Counted from the stretch's first letter, positions 29,456 to 39,917 are shown. The stretch: 64,000 nucleotides of DNA from a bacterium (GCA_029554865.1 JAKPUX010000314.1:5954-69953); one strand, 5' to 3'. The notes: generated from the sequence alone by a model not told the origin. Numbers and translations: made by a program.

Positions 29456-32400
29456 TCAGGGGATTTCACGGAAATAGAGCGAGGTGCGGGGATGGAGCTT
29501 GAGCCGGAGGCGCTCCTTCAACAGCCGCCGCGCCCAGGTGGGACCGACGCCGGCGAGCAGTCCCGCAAGCGGCACATCGATGGTGCCAAAATCATCGATG
29601 AAGCTGCTGATCTTCTCCAGATCATCCCCGGCGGAACGCAGGGCGCTCCGGATCCCGGCCATCACCTGCTCCGGGGTGTGCTCAAAGCGGCCGATGCGTT
29701 GGTACTTGTGGATAAAATCCTCGACCTCCTCAAGGACATGGGACTGGTCATCCTCGAGTTGGGCCTCTGGATCGGGGGCGAGAGCCTCCTCCGGAATCTC
29801 GAGAACGACCTTGTCCCGCCCGGAAAAGGCGGCCGAGCTGAGCAGATTGCGCAGCTGGCGGACATTGCCGGGAAAATCGAACTCCATCAGGGCCTCGAGG
29901 GATTTCTTGGCGATCCCGGTGAAGGAGGCGGGGATCAGACCCAAAGCGGCAAAATGGCTGATGAACAACAGGAGATTGGTGGGCTCCTCCTCCACCAGCC
30001 TGCGCAAGGGGGGGGTGTTGATGGTGATGGCCGCCAGCCGGTAGTAGAGATCCTGACGGAACTCCCGGGCACGGATCTTTTCCAGCAGATTGGCATTGGT
30101 CGCCGCCAGGATCTGCACCTGCACCTGGACGCTCTTGCTGCTGCCGAGGGGCGTGATGCGCGCATCCTCAAGCACGCGCAGAAACTTGGCCTGCAGCTCC
30201 AGAGACATGTTGGAAATCTCGTCGAGAAAAAGGGTGCCGCCATGGGCGCATTCGAAGAGGCCCTTGCGTTCCTCCGTCGCACTGGTAAAGGCGCCGCGGA
30301 CATGTCCGAACAGGGCATCCTCGACCAGCTCGCGGCTGAAAGCCCCGCAATCCTGGGTGATGAAGCGGTCCTGAGCCCAGCCGCTGCGGCGGTGAATCGC
30401 CTTGGCGACCAAATCCTTGCCTGTGCCGCTCTCGCCATGTATGAGAATGGGCACGGATGAGGTCAGCGCGGCGGACTCGATCTGGCTGCGCAGCTCCGTC
30501 ATGGCCTTGCCAACACCGACAAGATCACAGCCATGCTCGATCTGCGCAGCTGCAATGAAAGGCACAACCTTACCCTGCCGGAGGATAATGGGCGCCGGCT
30601 CGGCTTGCTGGACCGTCTCTGCGCTGCCCTCTCGTTTCTCTTCGAGCAGGGCGTAGCGCAGCGCCATGCTGATCTGCGAGGTCCAGGTCTCCACAAATCC
30701 CTGATCGATCAGCAGTTCATCAAAGGCATTCACCTTCTGGGATACCAGTTCCAGCACCCCCAGGCTCCGGCTCTTGTCGCCCAGCAGGATGGCCAGATAG
30801 CTGTAAAAGCGCGGCCGGCTGCGGAAGCGTTCGAATTTTTCCACCACCCGCTTGTCAAAGAAGCGCGGCTGATGCTCCTCGATGTCGGGGATGTACATCA
30901 AGAAATCATTCGAATTCTGCAGATGATTTTTGAACTCGAGCAGAAAGAGATTGTCCGTGTCGATGCGGTCGCCGGGGACGGTGAAACGCCGGATCTCCTC
31001 GGCCTCATAACCGAGGAAGAGATGGGCGTAATTCTCGACGCCCCCCTCGAGGAGATCGATCTCGATCGGCTCCTTGAAGAGGTCACCCGGGATGATTTTG
31101 GCCTTTTCGACGCCGTATATGGACTGCAGCATGGCCAATATCGTTTTAACCACCGAGGTCGGCGACATATAAACCGCGTCGCTCAACCACTTGACCGCCT
31201 GAACCATGCGGGTGTGTTCTTCGGCGAGGCGGACGCGGAAAAATAGCAGCGCCAGCATGCTGGCCAGGGTCCGGAAAAAATGCAGATAACCGATGCCCAT
31301 GAAGCGGTCCCAATTGTTCTGGGCGACCTCCACATCGATGACCCCGAGGACGATATTCTTGAATTCGATAACGAAGATATAGTTGGCGTAGACCTTCTCC
31401 TCGCGCACCTTGATGTAATAGCTGGAGAGCTTACGGTAGCCTGCGTGGTTGAGGTAGCTGGGATGTTTGCGGACATCGACGAAACGGGAACGGTTTTCAT
31501 CCACATAGACCGTCGGCTCCGGATCTGAGGGATTCTGGGGTTCTTCCACCGGCGCCAGAAAGACATTCCTGCGGGCCCGGACGGCGAGTCCGGCTAAACC
31601 CTCGGTGACCGGCAGCTCCCTGAAGCGCTGGCTCGCCCCCTCATCCCAGCCACTGGGATGGGGGAATCGCAGCACCTTTTCCCCATCGACATCCTTGGTC
31701 AGGTAGCCGATCGCCACGGTGTCGATCTGGGTGGTCTCAGTGATCAACTGGGTCAGGTCGAGGAGGAATTGGCCGAGGTCGGCGAAATTTCTCACCTCCA
31801 GGCGGTCGGCGCCCTCATACATCGATTTGATCTTTTGCAGAAACCGGGTCTGATCGACGGTGAGGGAGTAGATGAAGGAATTGTGAATGCGCTCGGCGAG
31901 AAAGTCAGCGAAATCGATGAGGATGATCCGGTCCAGCTCGGTCAGACGTGTTTTGCTCCGGTAGGAAGCCTTGAGATAGCCGATCAGGTTGCCCTCGTGC
32001 ACCAGCGGCATATAGTGCAGGGTCTTCTCATGCATCTCGTCCTCGCAGCCGCGCAGGCCCGCCCCCTTCTCACCTGTTTCAACGCAGAGATACATGCTGC
32101 TGCCGGGCTCGAGCTGGTGAAAAGTGAGTCCCTTCTTGGCCTTTTTCGGATCTTCCCGCCAGTGCGCTAGGGCGAGTGCGAGCAAGCCTTCACTCTCCTC
32201 GATCCAGAGGCCGGTCGCCTTGCTGCGGTTTTTGGCCAGCCTGGTCTTGCCTTTGAGATATTCGGTCACCACCTCCCAATTCTGCACCCCGGCGCGCGCC
32301 GGATCGTTGTTGAGGTCGGTGATGGCACGTTTCAACACCAGAGCCACCGAATAATCGCAGCCCATGGCCGCCTGCAGGGCGGTCAGGGATTTTTGAATGA

Positions 32401-33013
32401 CCTTCTTGATCTGATTGCTCTCAAAACGGTCGGCGGCGGCCAGCTGGTCGCGCACCTTGTTCAGCCTCTGCCGGACGATGGATTCGGCGAGCAGGCGAGC
32501 GAAGCGCCCGATGATGCGTTCATAATCGGTGACCCGCCTGGTGCTGTTGAACCAGAACAGAAGGTGGCCGAGCCGGCTGTCGCTTCTCTCCCCGGATGCG
32601 ACGGGCACGATCATGAGATACTGAACGGAGCCGTTCATACCGCAGGCCATGGCATCCCCGGGCTGCAGTTTCCGGACGAGAGGCGCTTTCCGCCGGCGCT
32701 CGAACTCCTGCACGATCGTGTCGACGGCAAGATCCGGCTTGCAGCCCTTGGACTGCAGGTAGTAGATCTGGCGCCGGGCATAGGGCTGCTGCGCCAGCAG
32801 CAGGCAGGCCTGGGGAAGCTCAAGCTGTTCTCCCAGCAGGGTTGAAAATTTTTTTACATAACGGGGAGGATCGTAATCGATCTCGAAAAGATGGGTGAGA
32901 AGAAGGTCAAGCTGCACCAGGTTGAGACGGCGCATCAGGGTCTCATCGCCGGGGGCAATTTGCGCTAGCTGCTCCCTTATCGCCTGCATGCGAATTTGTG
33001 CAGAATGGAGCAT
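29456..33013 (-). CDS. giant sigma54-dependent enhancer-binding protein with about 750-aa N-terminal multi-GAF sensory region
   Basis: 1185 aa. C-terminal AAA+ sigma54 module (GESGTGKDLVAKAIH, GAFTSA, EDALFGH, ...QLRNLL) and a degenerate Fis-type HTH (LAGLLAGVGPTWARRLLKERL). The N-terminal two-thirds has GAF-like segments and no receiver domain. Confidence 0.85.
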   Translation of the reverse strand: MLHSAQIRMQAIREQLAQIAPGDETLMRRLNLVQLDLLLTHLFEIDYDPPRYVKKFSTLLGEQLELPQACLLLAQQPYARRQIYYLQSKGCKPDLAVDTIVQEFERRRKAPLVRKLQPGDAMACGMNGSVQYLMIVPVASGERSDSRLGHLLFWFNSTRRVTDYERIIGRFARLLAESIVRQRLNKVRDQLAAADRFESNQIKKVIQKSLTALQAAMGCDYSVALVLKRAITDLNNDPARAGVQNWEVVTEYLKGKTRLAKNRSKATGLWIEESEGLLALALAHWREDPKKAKKGLTFHQLEPGSSMYLCVETGEKGAGLRGCEDEMHEKTLHYMPLVHEGNLIGYLKASYRSKTRLTELDRIILIDFADFLAERIHNSFIYSLTVDQTRFLQKIKSMYEGADRLEVRNFADLGQFLLDLTQLITETTQIDTVAIGYLTKDVDGEKVLRFPHPSGWDEGASQRFRELPVTEGLAGLAVRARRNVFLAPVEEPQNPSDPEPTVYVDENRSRFVDVRKHPSYLNHAGYRKLSSYYIKVREEKVYANYIFVIEFKNIVLGVIDVEVAQNNWDRFMGIGYLHFFRTLASMLALLFFRVRLAEEHTRMVQAVKWLSDAVYMSPTSVVKTILAMLQSIYGVEKAKIIPGDLFKEPIEIDLLEGGVENYAHLFLGYEAEEIRRFTVPGDRIDTDNLFLLEFKNHLQNSNDFLMYIPDIEEHQPRFFDKRVVEKFERFRSRPRFYSYLAILLGDKSRSLGVLELVSQKVNAFDELLIDQGFVETWTSQISMALRYALLEEKREGSAETVQQAEPAPIILRQGKVVPFIAAAQIEHGCDLVGVGKAMTELRSQIESAALTSSVPILIHGESGTGKDLVAKAIHRRSGWAQDRFITQDCGAFSRELVEDALFGHVRGAFTSATEERKGLFECAHGGTLFLDEISNMSLELQAKFLRVLEDARITPLGSSKSVQVQVQILAATNANLLEKIRAREFRQDLYYRLAAITINTPPLRRLVEEEPTNLLLFISHFAALGLIPASFTGIAKKSLEALMEFDFPGNVRQLRNLLSSAAFSGRDKVVLEIPEEALAPDPEAQLEDDQSHVLEEVEDFIHKYQRIGRFEHTPEQVMAGIRSALRSAGDDLEKISSFIDDFGTIDVPLAGLLAGVGPTWARRLLKERLRLKLHPRTSLYFREIP

Positions 33014-33169
33014 GAAGGATCCCCTCAGTTCGCGGCACCAGATCAGGATAAAGCGGAAGGATGAGCACACTCTCCAGATGGGGAGCGATCAGATAATAGG
33101 AAATGCGGGGATAAAATTCAAGGAATATTTACGCGCGCGGTGAGAAAACAGGATGCCACGAGAGAGGGC

Positions 33170-33952
33170 TCAGGGCTCCCGCCGGGTGATATCGCGCTCT
33201 TGAGGATGGAAAAAGATACGTCCGGCCCGGAGTGAATCTTCACGACCCTGATGCGGTGGCGGAGGAGGCGGCCCCCACATCAACCACTGCTTCTTCTCCA
33301 GTTCGCGGAGTTTACGCCACATCAGGGTGTCACGCTTGGCCAGAGTTTCCACAACCTGCGAATCCATTAAAACCCGCAAACCACTGTCGGTCTGCTGGAA
33401 ACGATAGCGTTCTTCGAGAGTCTTAAGCTGGGCCGATTCGCGGGCGATGCGGTCCATCTGGCGCTGGAATTCCTGCATCGCCTTCAGACGCACGGCCATC
33501 TCCTCCTTGTCCCAGCTGGGCGGCAGGGAACGTCCGGCGATCCAGGTGTGCCGTTCGCGATCCGGGTCGCGGACTTGAGCCTGTTTTGTGGCGGGAGGCG
33601 CGGCAGGAATGACGACGGCCATCTGCGCCTTTTCGAGGATGCGCAGGGCATCGCGCGACGAGATCAGGGAATCCCGGCGGCTCAGGTTGAGAATTTCCGC
33701 AGCCACTTTTTCGACCCTCGCGGAGTCGATCTGCTGCTCTTCGGCCTCACGGATGAACTCCCGGTAGCCGGCGCGCAGCTGCTCCTTGTCGACGTCATCT
33801 TCCACCGCCGCGAACAGCTGCTCGCCGAGGGCTTCAAGCGTGGGACGCAGCACACTGTTGCGGGTCTGCCTGTCGCTGATGAGAATGAAAAAAATGAGGC
33901 TTGAAAGAGAGAGGACGAAAAAAGCCATCGCACTTTTTTGCAGCCAATGCAT
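33170..33952 (-). CDS. hypothetical membrane-anchored protein
   Basis: N-terminal TM (MAFFVLSLSSLIFFILIS), then a charged helical region and a Pro run (GPPPPPPHQG). Start may be 33952 or 33928. Confidence 0.45.
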   Translation of the reverse strand: MHWLQKSAMAFFVLSLSSLIFFILISDRQTRNSVLRPTLEALGEQLFAAVEDDVDKEQLRAGYREFIREAEEQQIDSARVEKVAAEILNLSRRDSLISSRDALRILEKAQMAVVIPAAPPATKQAQVRDPDRERHTWIAGRSLPPSWDKEEMAVRLKAMQEFQRQMDRIARESAQLKTLEERYRFQQTDSGLRVLMDSQVVETLAKRDTLMWRKLRELEKKQWLMWGPPPPPPHQGREDSLRAGRIFFHPQERDITRREP

Positions 33953-34146
33953 ACAAAAACCTCGCCTCGGCCATGATCACACCATCTTATCTATCAGACT
34001 CCTGAGTCTGTAAAAAGTTTCACCCAACAGCAATTGCAGGACAAAAAATTCAACGGATGGGGCCACCGGGACGCGACGCGTCAGGCCGCTCGCAGGTGGA
34101 GGAGCTTTGGCCCCACAGCGCGGCAGCGCCGCACCGTTAGCAGGGC

Positions 34147-35139
34147 TTACGGATTGAGCAGCGCTCTTTGCAGGCGGCGGGCCTGGGAAATCGCCCGCAC
34201 CGTCAGCGGCCTGGTCTTGCGGGAGGGGACGATCACCTTGAGAGCCTGGGCCTTGATCCCCACTTGCACCGATTGGCCCGCATCGACCGGTTCGCCGTCG
34301 ACATGAAAGGGGCCGGGTTTGTTTCTCGAAATGCGCAGGGAGGTGGTCTGGTAGCGCTCATACTCCCGGACCTTGTCGATCTTGCCGGTGAAAAGCTTGG
34401 GCAGATGAAAGAGCGCCCGCAGAAGGGTGATGTTGCGGATGATACAGACATCGAGCAGGCCGTCGTCCGGCCGGGCGTTGGGCGAGATGATCACCCCCAG
34501 GCCCCACTGCGTGGTATTGGCGACCGTCACCAGGAGCGCGCTGCGCTCGACTGTGCGTCCGTCGAACTCGAGTCTGAAGGTCTCCGGCCGGAAAAATAGA
34601 AATTCGCGCACCCCGATGTAGAAATAAGGCAGGGGTCCGCGCAGGCTGCGATCATCGAAGAGCTTGCCGACAAGGGCATCAAAACCGAGACCGGTGACAA
34701 TAAAAAAATTGCGCTCCTCGATGGTCCCGGTATCGATAGTCCGGATCCGGCCGGTCAGCAGCAGCCTGGCTGCGCGCCGGATCGCGATCGGAATCGACAG
34801 TCCGCGCGCCAGGCCATTGCCGGAACCGACCGGGATGATGCCGAGAGCGGTATCGGTGTAGAGCAGCGCCGACCCCACCTCATTGGCGGTGCCGTCGCCG
34901 CCGATGGCGACCACTGCATCATACCCCTCCTCCACCGCCCGCCGGGCCAGCTCATGGGCATGCCCCCGGTATTCGGTCTCGGAGAAATCATACACAAACG
35001 GGGCCTCTTCGAGCACCGCCTCGATCGCCCTGCGGATGACGCGCGGGCTGCGCACCAGCCCCGATTTGGGATTATGAATGAATTTTACTTTTTTTAGTTC
35101 CACAGGAGATGCCTCAGTCAAACAGCCGACAGGAGCCAT
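34147..35139 (-). CDS. diacylglycerol kinase-family lipid kinase (YegS/DgkA-like)
   Basis: DAGK_cat motifs: KVKFIHNPKSG, AIGGDGTANEV, GIIPVGSGNGLARGL. Start is ambiguous (ATG at 35139, or the GTG at VELKK). Confidence 0.7.
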   Translation of the reverse strand: MAPVGCLTEASPVELKKVKFIHNPKSGLVRSPRVIRRAIEAVLEEAPFVYDFSETEYRGHAHELARRAVEEGYDAVVAIGGDGTANEVGSALLYTDTALGIIPVGSGNGLARGLSIPIAIRRAARLLLTGRIRTIDTGTIEERNFFIVTGLGFDALVGKLFDDRSLRGPLPYFYIGVREFLFFRPETFRLEFDGRTVERSALLVTVANTTQWGLGVIISPNARPDDGLLDVCIIRNITLLRALFHLPKLFTGKIDKVREYERYQTTSLRISRNKPGPFHVDGEPVDAGQSVQVGIKAQALKVIVPSRKTRPLTVRAISQARRLQRALLNP

Positions 35140-35231
35140 TGGCCATCACAAGGTACACTCAAACTGCTCATCAGGGAGAAATGGGGGAGAGTCCCGCGGA
35201 GGGCGCCAGTCAGCACCCCCCGGGGAAACGG

Positions 35232-37055
35232 TCATCGGGCCTGCAGGGCCCGCTGCAAACTGGCAAGAAATTTCTCGGGGGAGACAAAACCAACTTCGCG
35301 CAGATCAGCGATCTCTTCTCCCGCGGGGGTCAGAAAGAGCAGAGTCGGCATGCCGGTCACTGCAAACCGCCCCATGAAGGCCCTGGTCTTTGCATCCGGC
35401 TTGGTGCAGTCGACCTTGAGAATGGTAAAGCCGGCAAACTGCTCCTGCACCCGGCTGTCCGAAAAGGTCTCCTTGTCGAGCTGTTTGCACGGGGCGCACC
35501 AGTCCGCATAAAAATCAATAAAAATCGGCTTGCCCTCCGCTGTCAGCTCTTCGATGCCCTGCCCCTGGTACTGCACCCATGGCAGCTCCGAGGGTCTGGA
35601 ATGGATGGCCTCGTTGAGCCAGTGCAGCCCGAGAAGAATCAACACTCCCCCAAGCAGGCGTCGGAAGAACCTGAATCCCCGGGTCTGCTCCTCGTGGCCG
35701 ATGAAGCCCAGCAGCAGGCCGCCGACGACCCCGAGCAGCCCGAGCAGGAAAAGCAGCTTGTCATGGATCAGATCGAGCTGCGGGGTGATGAAATAGATCG
35801 CGACGCCGATGAGCAGAAAACCAAAGAACTTTTTTACCCAAAGCATCCACATGCCCGACTGCGGCAGGCGGTTGAGCAGACCGCTGAAGGTGGCCAGCAC
35901 CAGATAGGGCAGGCCGAGCCCGATGCCCATGGCAAAAAAGAGCAGGCCGCCCTTGGCCACCAGACCCAGCTTCGCGACCAGGCCGACCAGGCCGATGATG
36001 ATCCCTGCCGCGCAGGGCGCGATGATCACCCCGACCGTCAGTCCCATGATCAGAGCCCCCAACAGCCCCTCGCGAGCCCCGCCGAAACGCGTCAACAAGC
36101 CGGTGGGCACGCTGATCTCGAACGCCCCGAACATGCTCGCCGCCATGAGCAGAATGATCGTGGCTACCACTGCGACAAACCAGGGACTCTGAAACAGAAA
36201 ACCCCACTGCTTTCCTGCCAGACCGGAAAGCACCCCGAGCAGCGCGAAAGAGAGGGCGATGCCGATCAGATATAAAAGGGCATTGACAAAACTCGAGCCC
36301 CGGCTGCGGCCGCTCTGACCACCGAAATAGCTCACGGTCAGGGGGATGATCGGATAGACACAGGGAGTCAGATTGAGCGCGAGACCGATGAGCAGAAAGG
36401 CGGCGATGGCGTAAAAAAGCCCGTGCTCGAGGATCTCCATCGCCCGTCTTTCATCCGGGGTGAGCTGGAGGCCCCCCTCCCCGGCTGCCGCTGCCGGCCG
36501 GATTCCGCGGCCGGGATCCTGCACACCGGCTGAAAATAGAGCGGAGGTGTCCTGTGCCACCGGCGTGCCCGCCGGGACGATCTCCAGGGGCAGTATGAAC
36601 TTTTTCTCGCCGGGCGAGAAACAGCTGGTTTCATTACAGCCCTGGTACGTGAGCGTCCCCTCGATCTGCAGCCTCCCCGGGGCGGCTTGCGGCAGCACCT
36701 GCACACGGGTGTGAATTTTCACCTCCTCCTCGAATACCGAAAGCTCGTTATCGGAAAAGGCGAATTTTTTCAGGAGCGGCCTGGGATAGAGCGCCGGACC
36801 GAAACTCAGGGAGGGAGAGGGGGCAAACTGCAGCTGGGTGGGGATGAGAAACTCTTCGGCCGGGGTGTTGGAGTTGATATGCAAACCGGGCACAATCTTG
36901 ACCACGACGACGGCCTCGAGCCCGGAACCGGGCACCGCCTGGCCTTGGGAGATAAAAGCCTCGGCGGTCAGGACTTCCGGTTCGACAAAGCCCTGGGCTG
37001 CAAGCCCGCCAGCACCAAACAGTAAAAGCAGAAAAAGAACAAAAGATCTATTCAT
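35232..37055 (-). CDS. dsbD: thiol:disulfide interchange protein DsbD
   Basis: Signal peptide and a periplasmic N-domain with Cys pair (CNETSC). A multi-TM core with a Cys pair (TPCVYP). C-terminal thioredoxin domain WCAPC. Confidence 0.8.
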   Translation of the reverse strand: MNRSFVLFLLLLFGAGGLAAQGFVEPEVLTAEAFISQGQAVPGSGLEAVVVVKIVPGLHINSNTPAEEFLIPTQLQFAPSPSLSFGPALYPRPLLKKFAFSDNELSVFEEEVKIHTRVQVLPQAAPGRLQIEGTLTYQGCNETSCFSPGEKKFILPLEIVPAGTPVAQDTSALFSAGVQDPGRGIRPAAAAGEGGLQLTPDERRAMEILEHGLFYAIAAFLLIGLALNLTPCVYPIIPLTVSYFGGQSGRSRGSSFVNALLYLIGIALSFALLGVLSGLAGKQWGFLFQSPWFVAVVATIILLMAASMFGAFEISVPTGLLTRFGGAREGLLGALIMGLTVGVIIAPCAAGIIIGLVGLVAKLGLVAKGGLLFFAMGIGLGLPYLVLATFSGLLNRLPQSGMWMLWVKKFFGFLLIGVAIYFITPQLDLIHDKLLFLLGLLGVVGGLLLGFIGHEEQTRGFRFFRRLLGGVLILLGLHWLNEAIHSRPSELPWVQYQGQGIEELTAEGKPIFIDFYADWCAPCKQLDKETFSDSRVQEQFAGFTILKVDCTKPDAKTRAFMGRFAVTGMPTLLFLTPAGEEIADLREVGFVSPEKFLASLQRALQAR

Positions 37056-37066
37056 AGGATTCCAGA

Positions 37067-37705
37067 TCAGTTAAACGCCTTCTTTGAGCGAATATAGCCC
37101 TCGTTGCGGGCGTATTTTTCCAAAACCTTTTGCAGCATGCGGCGGCCGCGGAAGAGGCGCGACATCACCGTGCCGATCGGCCGATCGATGATATCGGCGA
37201 TCTCCTTGTAAGCGAATCCCTCAACGTCCGCAAGCAGAATCACCATGCGGAATTCATCAGAGAGCTGCGCGAGCGCAGCCTTGATGTCGTCGTCGAACAG
37301 CTCCTCATAATTGGACTCGTCGAATCCGTCCCACTCCTTGATGGCCTTCTGCTCATCCTCACTCTCGAGGCCGAATTCGACCTTGTCCAGCTGCACCTGC
37401 TGGGGGGTGCGGATTTTCTTGCGATATTTGTTGATGAAGGTGTTGGTGAGTATCTTGAAAATCCAGGCCTTGAAGTTGGTCCCCTCCTCGAACTTGCCGA
37501 AAAAACGGTAGGCGCGCAGGTAGGTGTCCTGTACGAGGTCCTCCGCCTCTGCGGTGTTGCGCGTCATGCGCAGGGCCGTACTGTAGAGGGAATCCATATA
37601 CTCGAAGGCGATCTCTTCGAATCGCTTTTTTTGCTCGTCTGTGATCACAGCGGTCCCATAATAGTCAGGATTGACCCATCTGTCACCAGTTGCCCCCATG
37701 CCCAA
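37067..37705 (-). CDS. ECF (sigma-70 family group 4) RNA polymerase sigma factor
   Basis: Region 2 ([14 protein letters not shown]) and region 4 HTH ([24 protein letters not shown]). Ends 11 nt upstream of dsbD. Confidence 0.8.
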   Translation of the reverse strand: MGMGATGDRWVNPDYYGTAVITDEQKKRFEEIAFEYMDSLYSTALRMTRNTAEAEDLVQDTYLRAYRFFGKFEEGTNFKAWIFKILTNTFINKYRKKIRTPQQVQLDKVEFGLESEDEQKAIKEWDGFDESNYEELFDDDIKAALAQLSDEFRMVILLADVEGFAYKEIADIIDRPIGTVMSRLFRGRRMLQKVLEKYARNEGYIRSKKAFN

Positions 37706-37766
37706 TCAATAAAAAATACTAAATATAGTACTAATAAGTCAATGAGTTTTTCGCTCGCGCCCGGCC

Positions 37767-38312
37767 CTACATCTGGGATTCGTCCTTCCAGCGCGTGATG
37801 CGCCACTTCTGATCGTAGCTGCTTTTGCGCATGTTGAAGATGGCATTGCCGGTGAGATTGAATTCCCCCCTGCTGCCGAAAAGATGGAGATGAAGGGTTT
37901 TGGCCAGCTCCGCATTGTTGCCGTCCTGGGTTTCGTATATGGTCGAATCCCAGATCAGGGTCAGGGTTTCGAAACTGCGGAAAAGGCGGCCCGTGGTTCT
38001 GAGCTCCACATCCCGGTTCCAGGAGGCATAGAGGCCGGAGGAGCCGAGATTGGGATCGAAGTAAACAAAGACGAAGGAGCTGTCGAGCAGGCCGTCATAG
38101 ACCAGTGAATCCTTGAGGGTGTAGGCATAGACGAAATTGTCCAGCACCTCTGCCGGGGTCGACTGCCCGGTGATGCGCAGGCCGTTGCCGGCGCTGCGCT
38201 CCAGTTCGGGCGCAAAGGGATTGAAACAGGCGGCACACAGCAGGGTGAAGGCCAGGGCCAGGAGGAGACCGGGCCGGCCCCCTCCCCGGGGCTGCAGCGG
38301 CCTGTCAGCCAT
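37767..38312 (-). CDS. hypothetical lipoprotein
   Basis: Lipobox LLCAAC after a basic N-terminus. 181 aa. Starts 3 nt after the ctp stop on the same strand. Confidence 0.5.
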   Translation of the reverse strand: MADRPLQPRGGGRPGLLLALAFTLLCAACFNPFAPELERSAGNGLRITGQSTPAEVLDNFVYAYTLKDSLVYDGLLDSSFVFVYFDPNLGSSGLYASWNRDVELRTTGRLFRSFETLTLIWDSTIYETQDGNNAELAKTLHLHLFGSRGEFNLTGNAIFNMRKSSYDQKWRITRWKDESQM

Positions 38313-38315
38313 TGT

Positions 38316-39917
38316 TCACCACCCGCCCTGCCGCAGTATACGCTGCGCCTGGGGCATCAGGGCATGTGCAGCGGTCAATTCGGGATCTTCACCGCGAATG
38401 ATCTGGTAATAGTGCTTGCTGTCGTAGAGGGAACGGGCCACCTCGGCCTTGACCATGCTCTTGATGTAGGTCTCGTCCCGATCATAGGCCTCCTGGCTGA
38501 ACTCGATCTTGTTCTTCTTGAGCAGTTCCTTGAGGTCCGGCAGGAGTTCATCGCCCACGCGATAGCGCGAACGAAAATCCTCAAAGCTGGCATAACGGCC
38601 GCGCTGGGCATTGCCGTAGCGAGAGCCCAGTTCAAAGAAGATGCGGCTGCCGAAGAGGGCGTTGGTGAAGCGGGTGATGCGCTCTGCCTTGAGGCTGCTG
38701 TCCGGAGTGATGCCGCCCCCGCCGAAAACCTTGCGACCGGCGCGGGTGGTATAGGCGGTGCGCCCGGAATCCGGTGCGGCCGGGGCGTTTTCGTCCTCGT
38801 CGTCATAACCCTCGGCATAATAATCAGCCAGGCCGTCATCGTAGGGCCGCTGGATGAGGCGGCCGCTCGGGGTATAGTAGCGGGCAACCGTCAGGCGCAG
38901 GGCTGAACCATCCTTGAGGCCGATCTGGTTCTGCACCAGCCCCTTGCCGAAGCTGGTCTGTCCGACCACCAGGCCGCGGTCGAGATCCTGGATGGCGCCG
39001 GCGACGATCTCGGAAGCGCTGGCCGAGCCATGATTGATCATCACGATCATCGGCATCATCGGCTGATCGCTGCCGCTGGTGGAGAAATAATCGTCGTCTG
39101 CGCCGCTGAGCCGGCCACGGGTGTAGACCAGCTTGTGACCGCTGGGGATAAACTTGTCCGCCACCTCGACCGCCTGCTCGAGCAGCCCGCCCGTATTGGA
39201 ACGGAGGTCAAAAATGAGCTGCTGCATGCCCTGGCTGCGCAGTTCCTTCAGAGCGGTCTCGAGTTCGGTGGAGGTGGTCTTGGCGAAACGCGCCAGCCAG
39301 ATGTAGCCGGTCTTGCCGTCATCGAGCATGAACGAGGCGTAGAGGCTGTTGATGGGGATCTTGTCGCGGACGATCTCCACCTCGAAGGGCTCGGAGAGGC
39401 CGGTGCGGGCGATCATGACCTTGACCTTGCTCCCCTTGGGGCCGCGCAGTTTTTTAAAAACCTGCTCCTCCGTGATGCCGTAGGAGGAGGAACCGTCGAT
39501 CTGGATGATCTGATCCCCCGGCATGATCCCGATCGCCTCCGAGGGCCCGCCGGGAATCGGCGAGACCACAGTGAGGACCTTGTTGAGCACGATGAACTCG
39601 ATGCCAATGCCCTCAAAAGAGCCCTCAAACTGCTCGGTCACCTTCTCCATGCTCTTCTTCGGAATATAAACCGAATGGGGATCCAGTTTGGCCAGCAGTC
39701 CCTCGATCGCCCCGGTGATCAGCTTGTCGCTCTCCACCGGCTCGACGTAGTAGCGCTTGACGTAGGCGAAGACCTCAACAAAACGATCGAGTTCCGAACG
39801 AATATTCTCCTGCGGATAGGCCTCGTTGTGGCCGATGCGCGTAAAGGCGATGCCGATCACCAGGCCGATGCTCGCCAGGAGTAAAAAACGGAGTATGTTT
39901 TTATTCATTTTGCTCAT
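38316..39917 (-). CDS. ctp: S41 C-terminal processing (tail-specific) peptidase with PDZ domain
   Basis: N-terminal TM, PDZ region (GIGIEF...GGPSEAIGIMPGDQIIQIDG), catalytic Ser in GSASASEIVAGA, Lys in TFGKG. Confidence 0.85.
   Translation of the reverse strand: MSKMNKNILRFLLLASIGLVIGIAFTRIGHNEAYPQENIRSELDRFVEVFAYVKRYYVEPVESDKLITGAIEGLLAKLDPHSVYIPKKSMEKVTEQFEGSFEGIGIEFIVLNKVLTVVSPIPGGPSEAIGIMPGDQIIQIDGSSSYGITEEQVFKKLRGPKGSKVKVMIARTGLSEPFEVEIVRDKIPINSLYASFMLDDGKTGYIWLARFAKTTSTELETALKELRSQGMQQLIFDLRSNTGGLLEQAVEVADKFIPSGHKLVYTRGRLSGADDDYFSTSGSDQPMMPMIVMINHGSASASEIVAGAIQDLDRGLVVGQTSFGKGLVQNQIGLKDGSALRLTVARYYTPSGRLIQRPYDDGLADYYAEGYDDEDENAPAAPDSGRTAYTTRAGRKVFGGGGITPDSSLKAERITRFTNALFGSRIFFELGSRYGNAQRGRYASFEDFRSRYRVGDELLPDLKELLKKNKIEFSQEAYDRDETYIKSMVKAEVARSLYDSKHYYQIIRGEDPELTAAHALMPQAQRILRQGGW

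Noticed and set aside
33014-34146. Additional sigma54 promoter candidates upstream of the giant EBP gene and of the 33170..33952 gene (TGGCAT-N5-TTTCT; TGGCCC-N5-GTTGA)
   Set aside because: The -12 elements lack the conserved GC dinucleotide. Spacing alone is insufficient, so they are not called as promoters.
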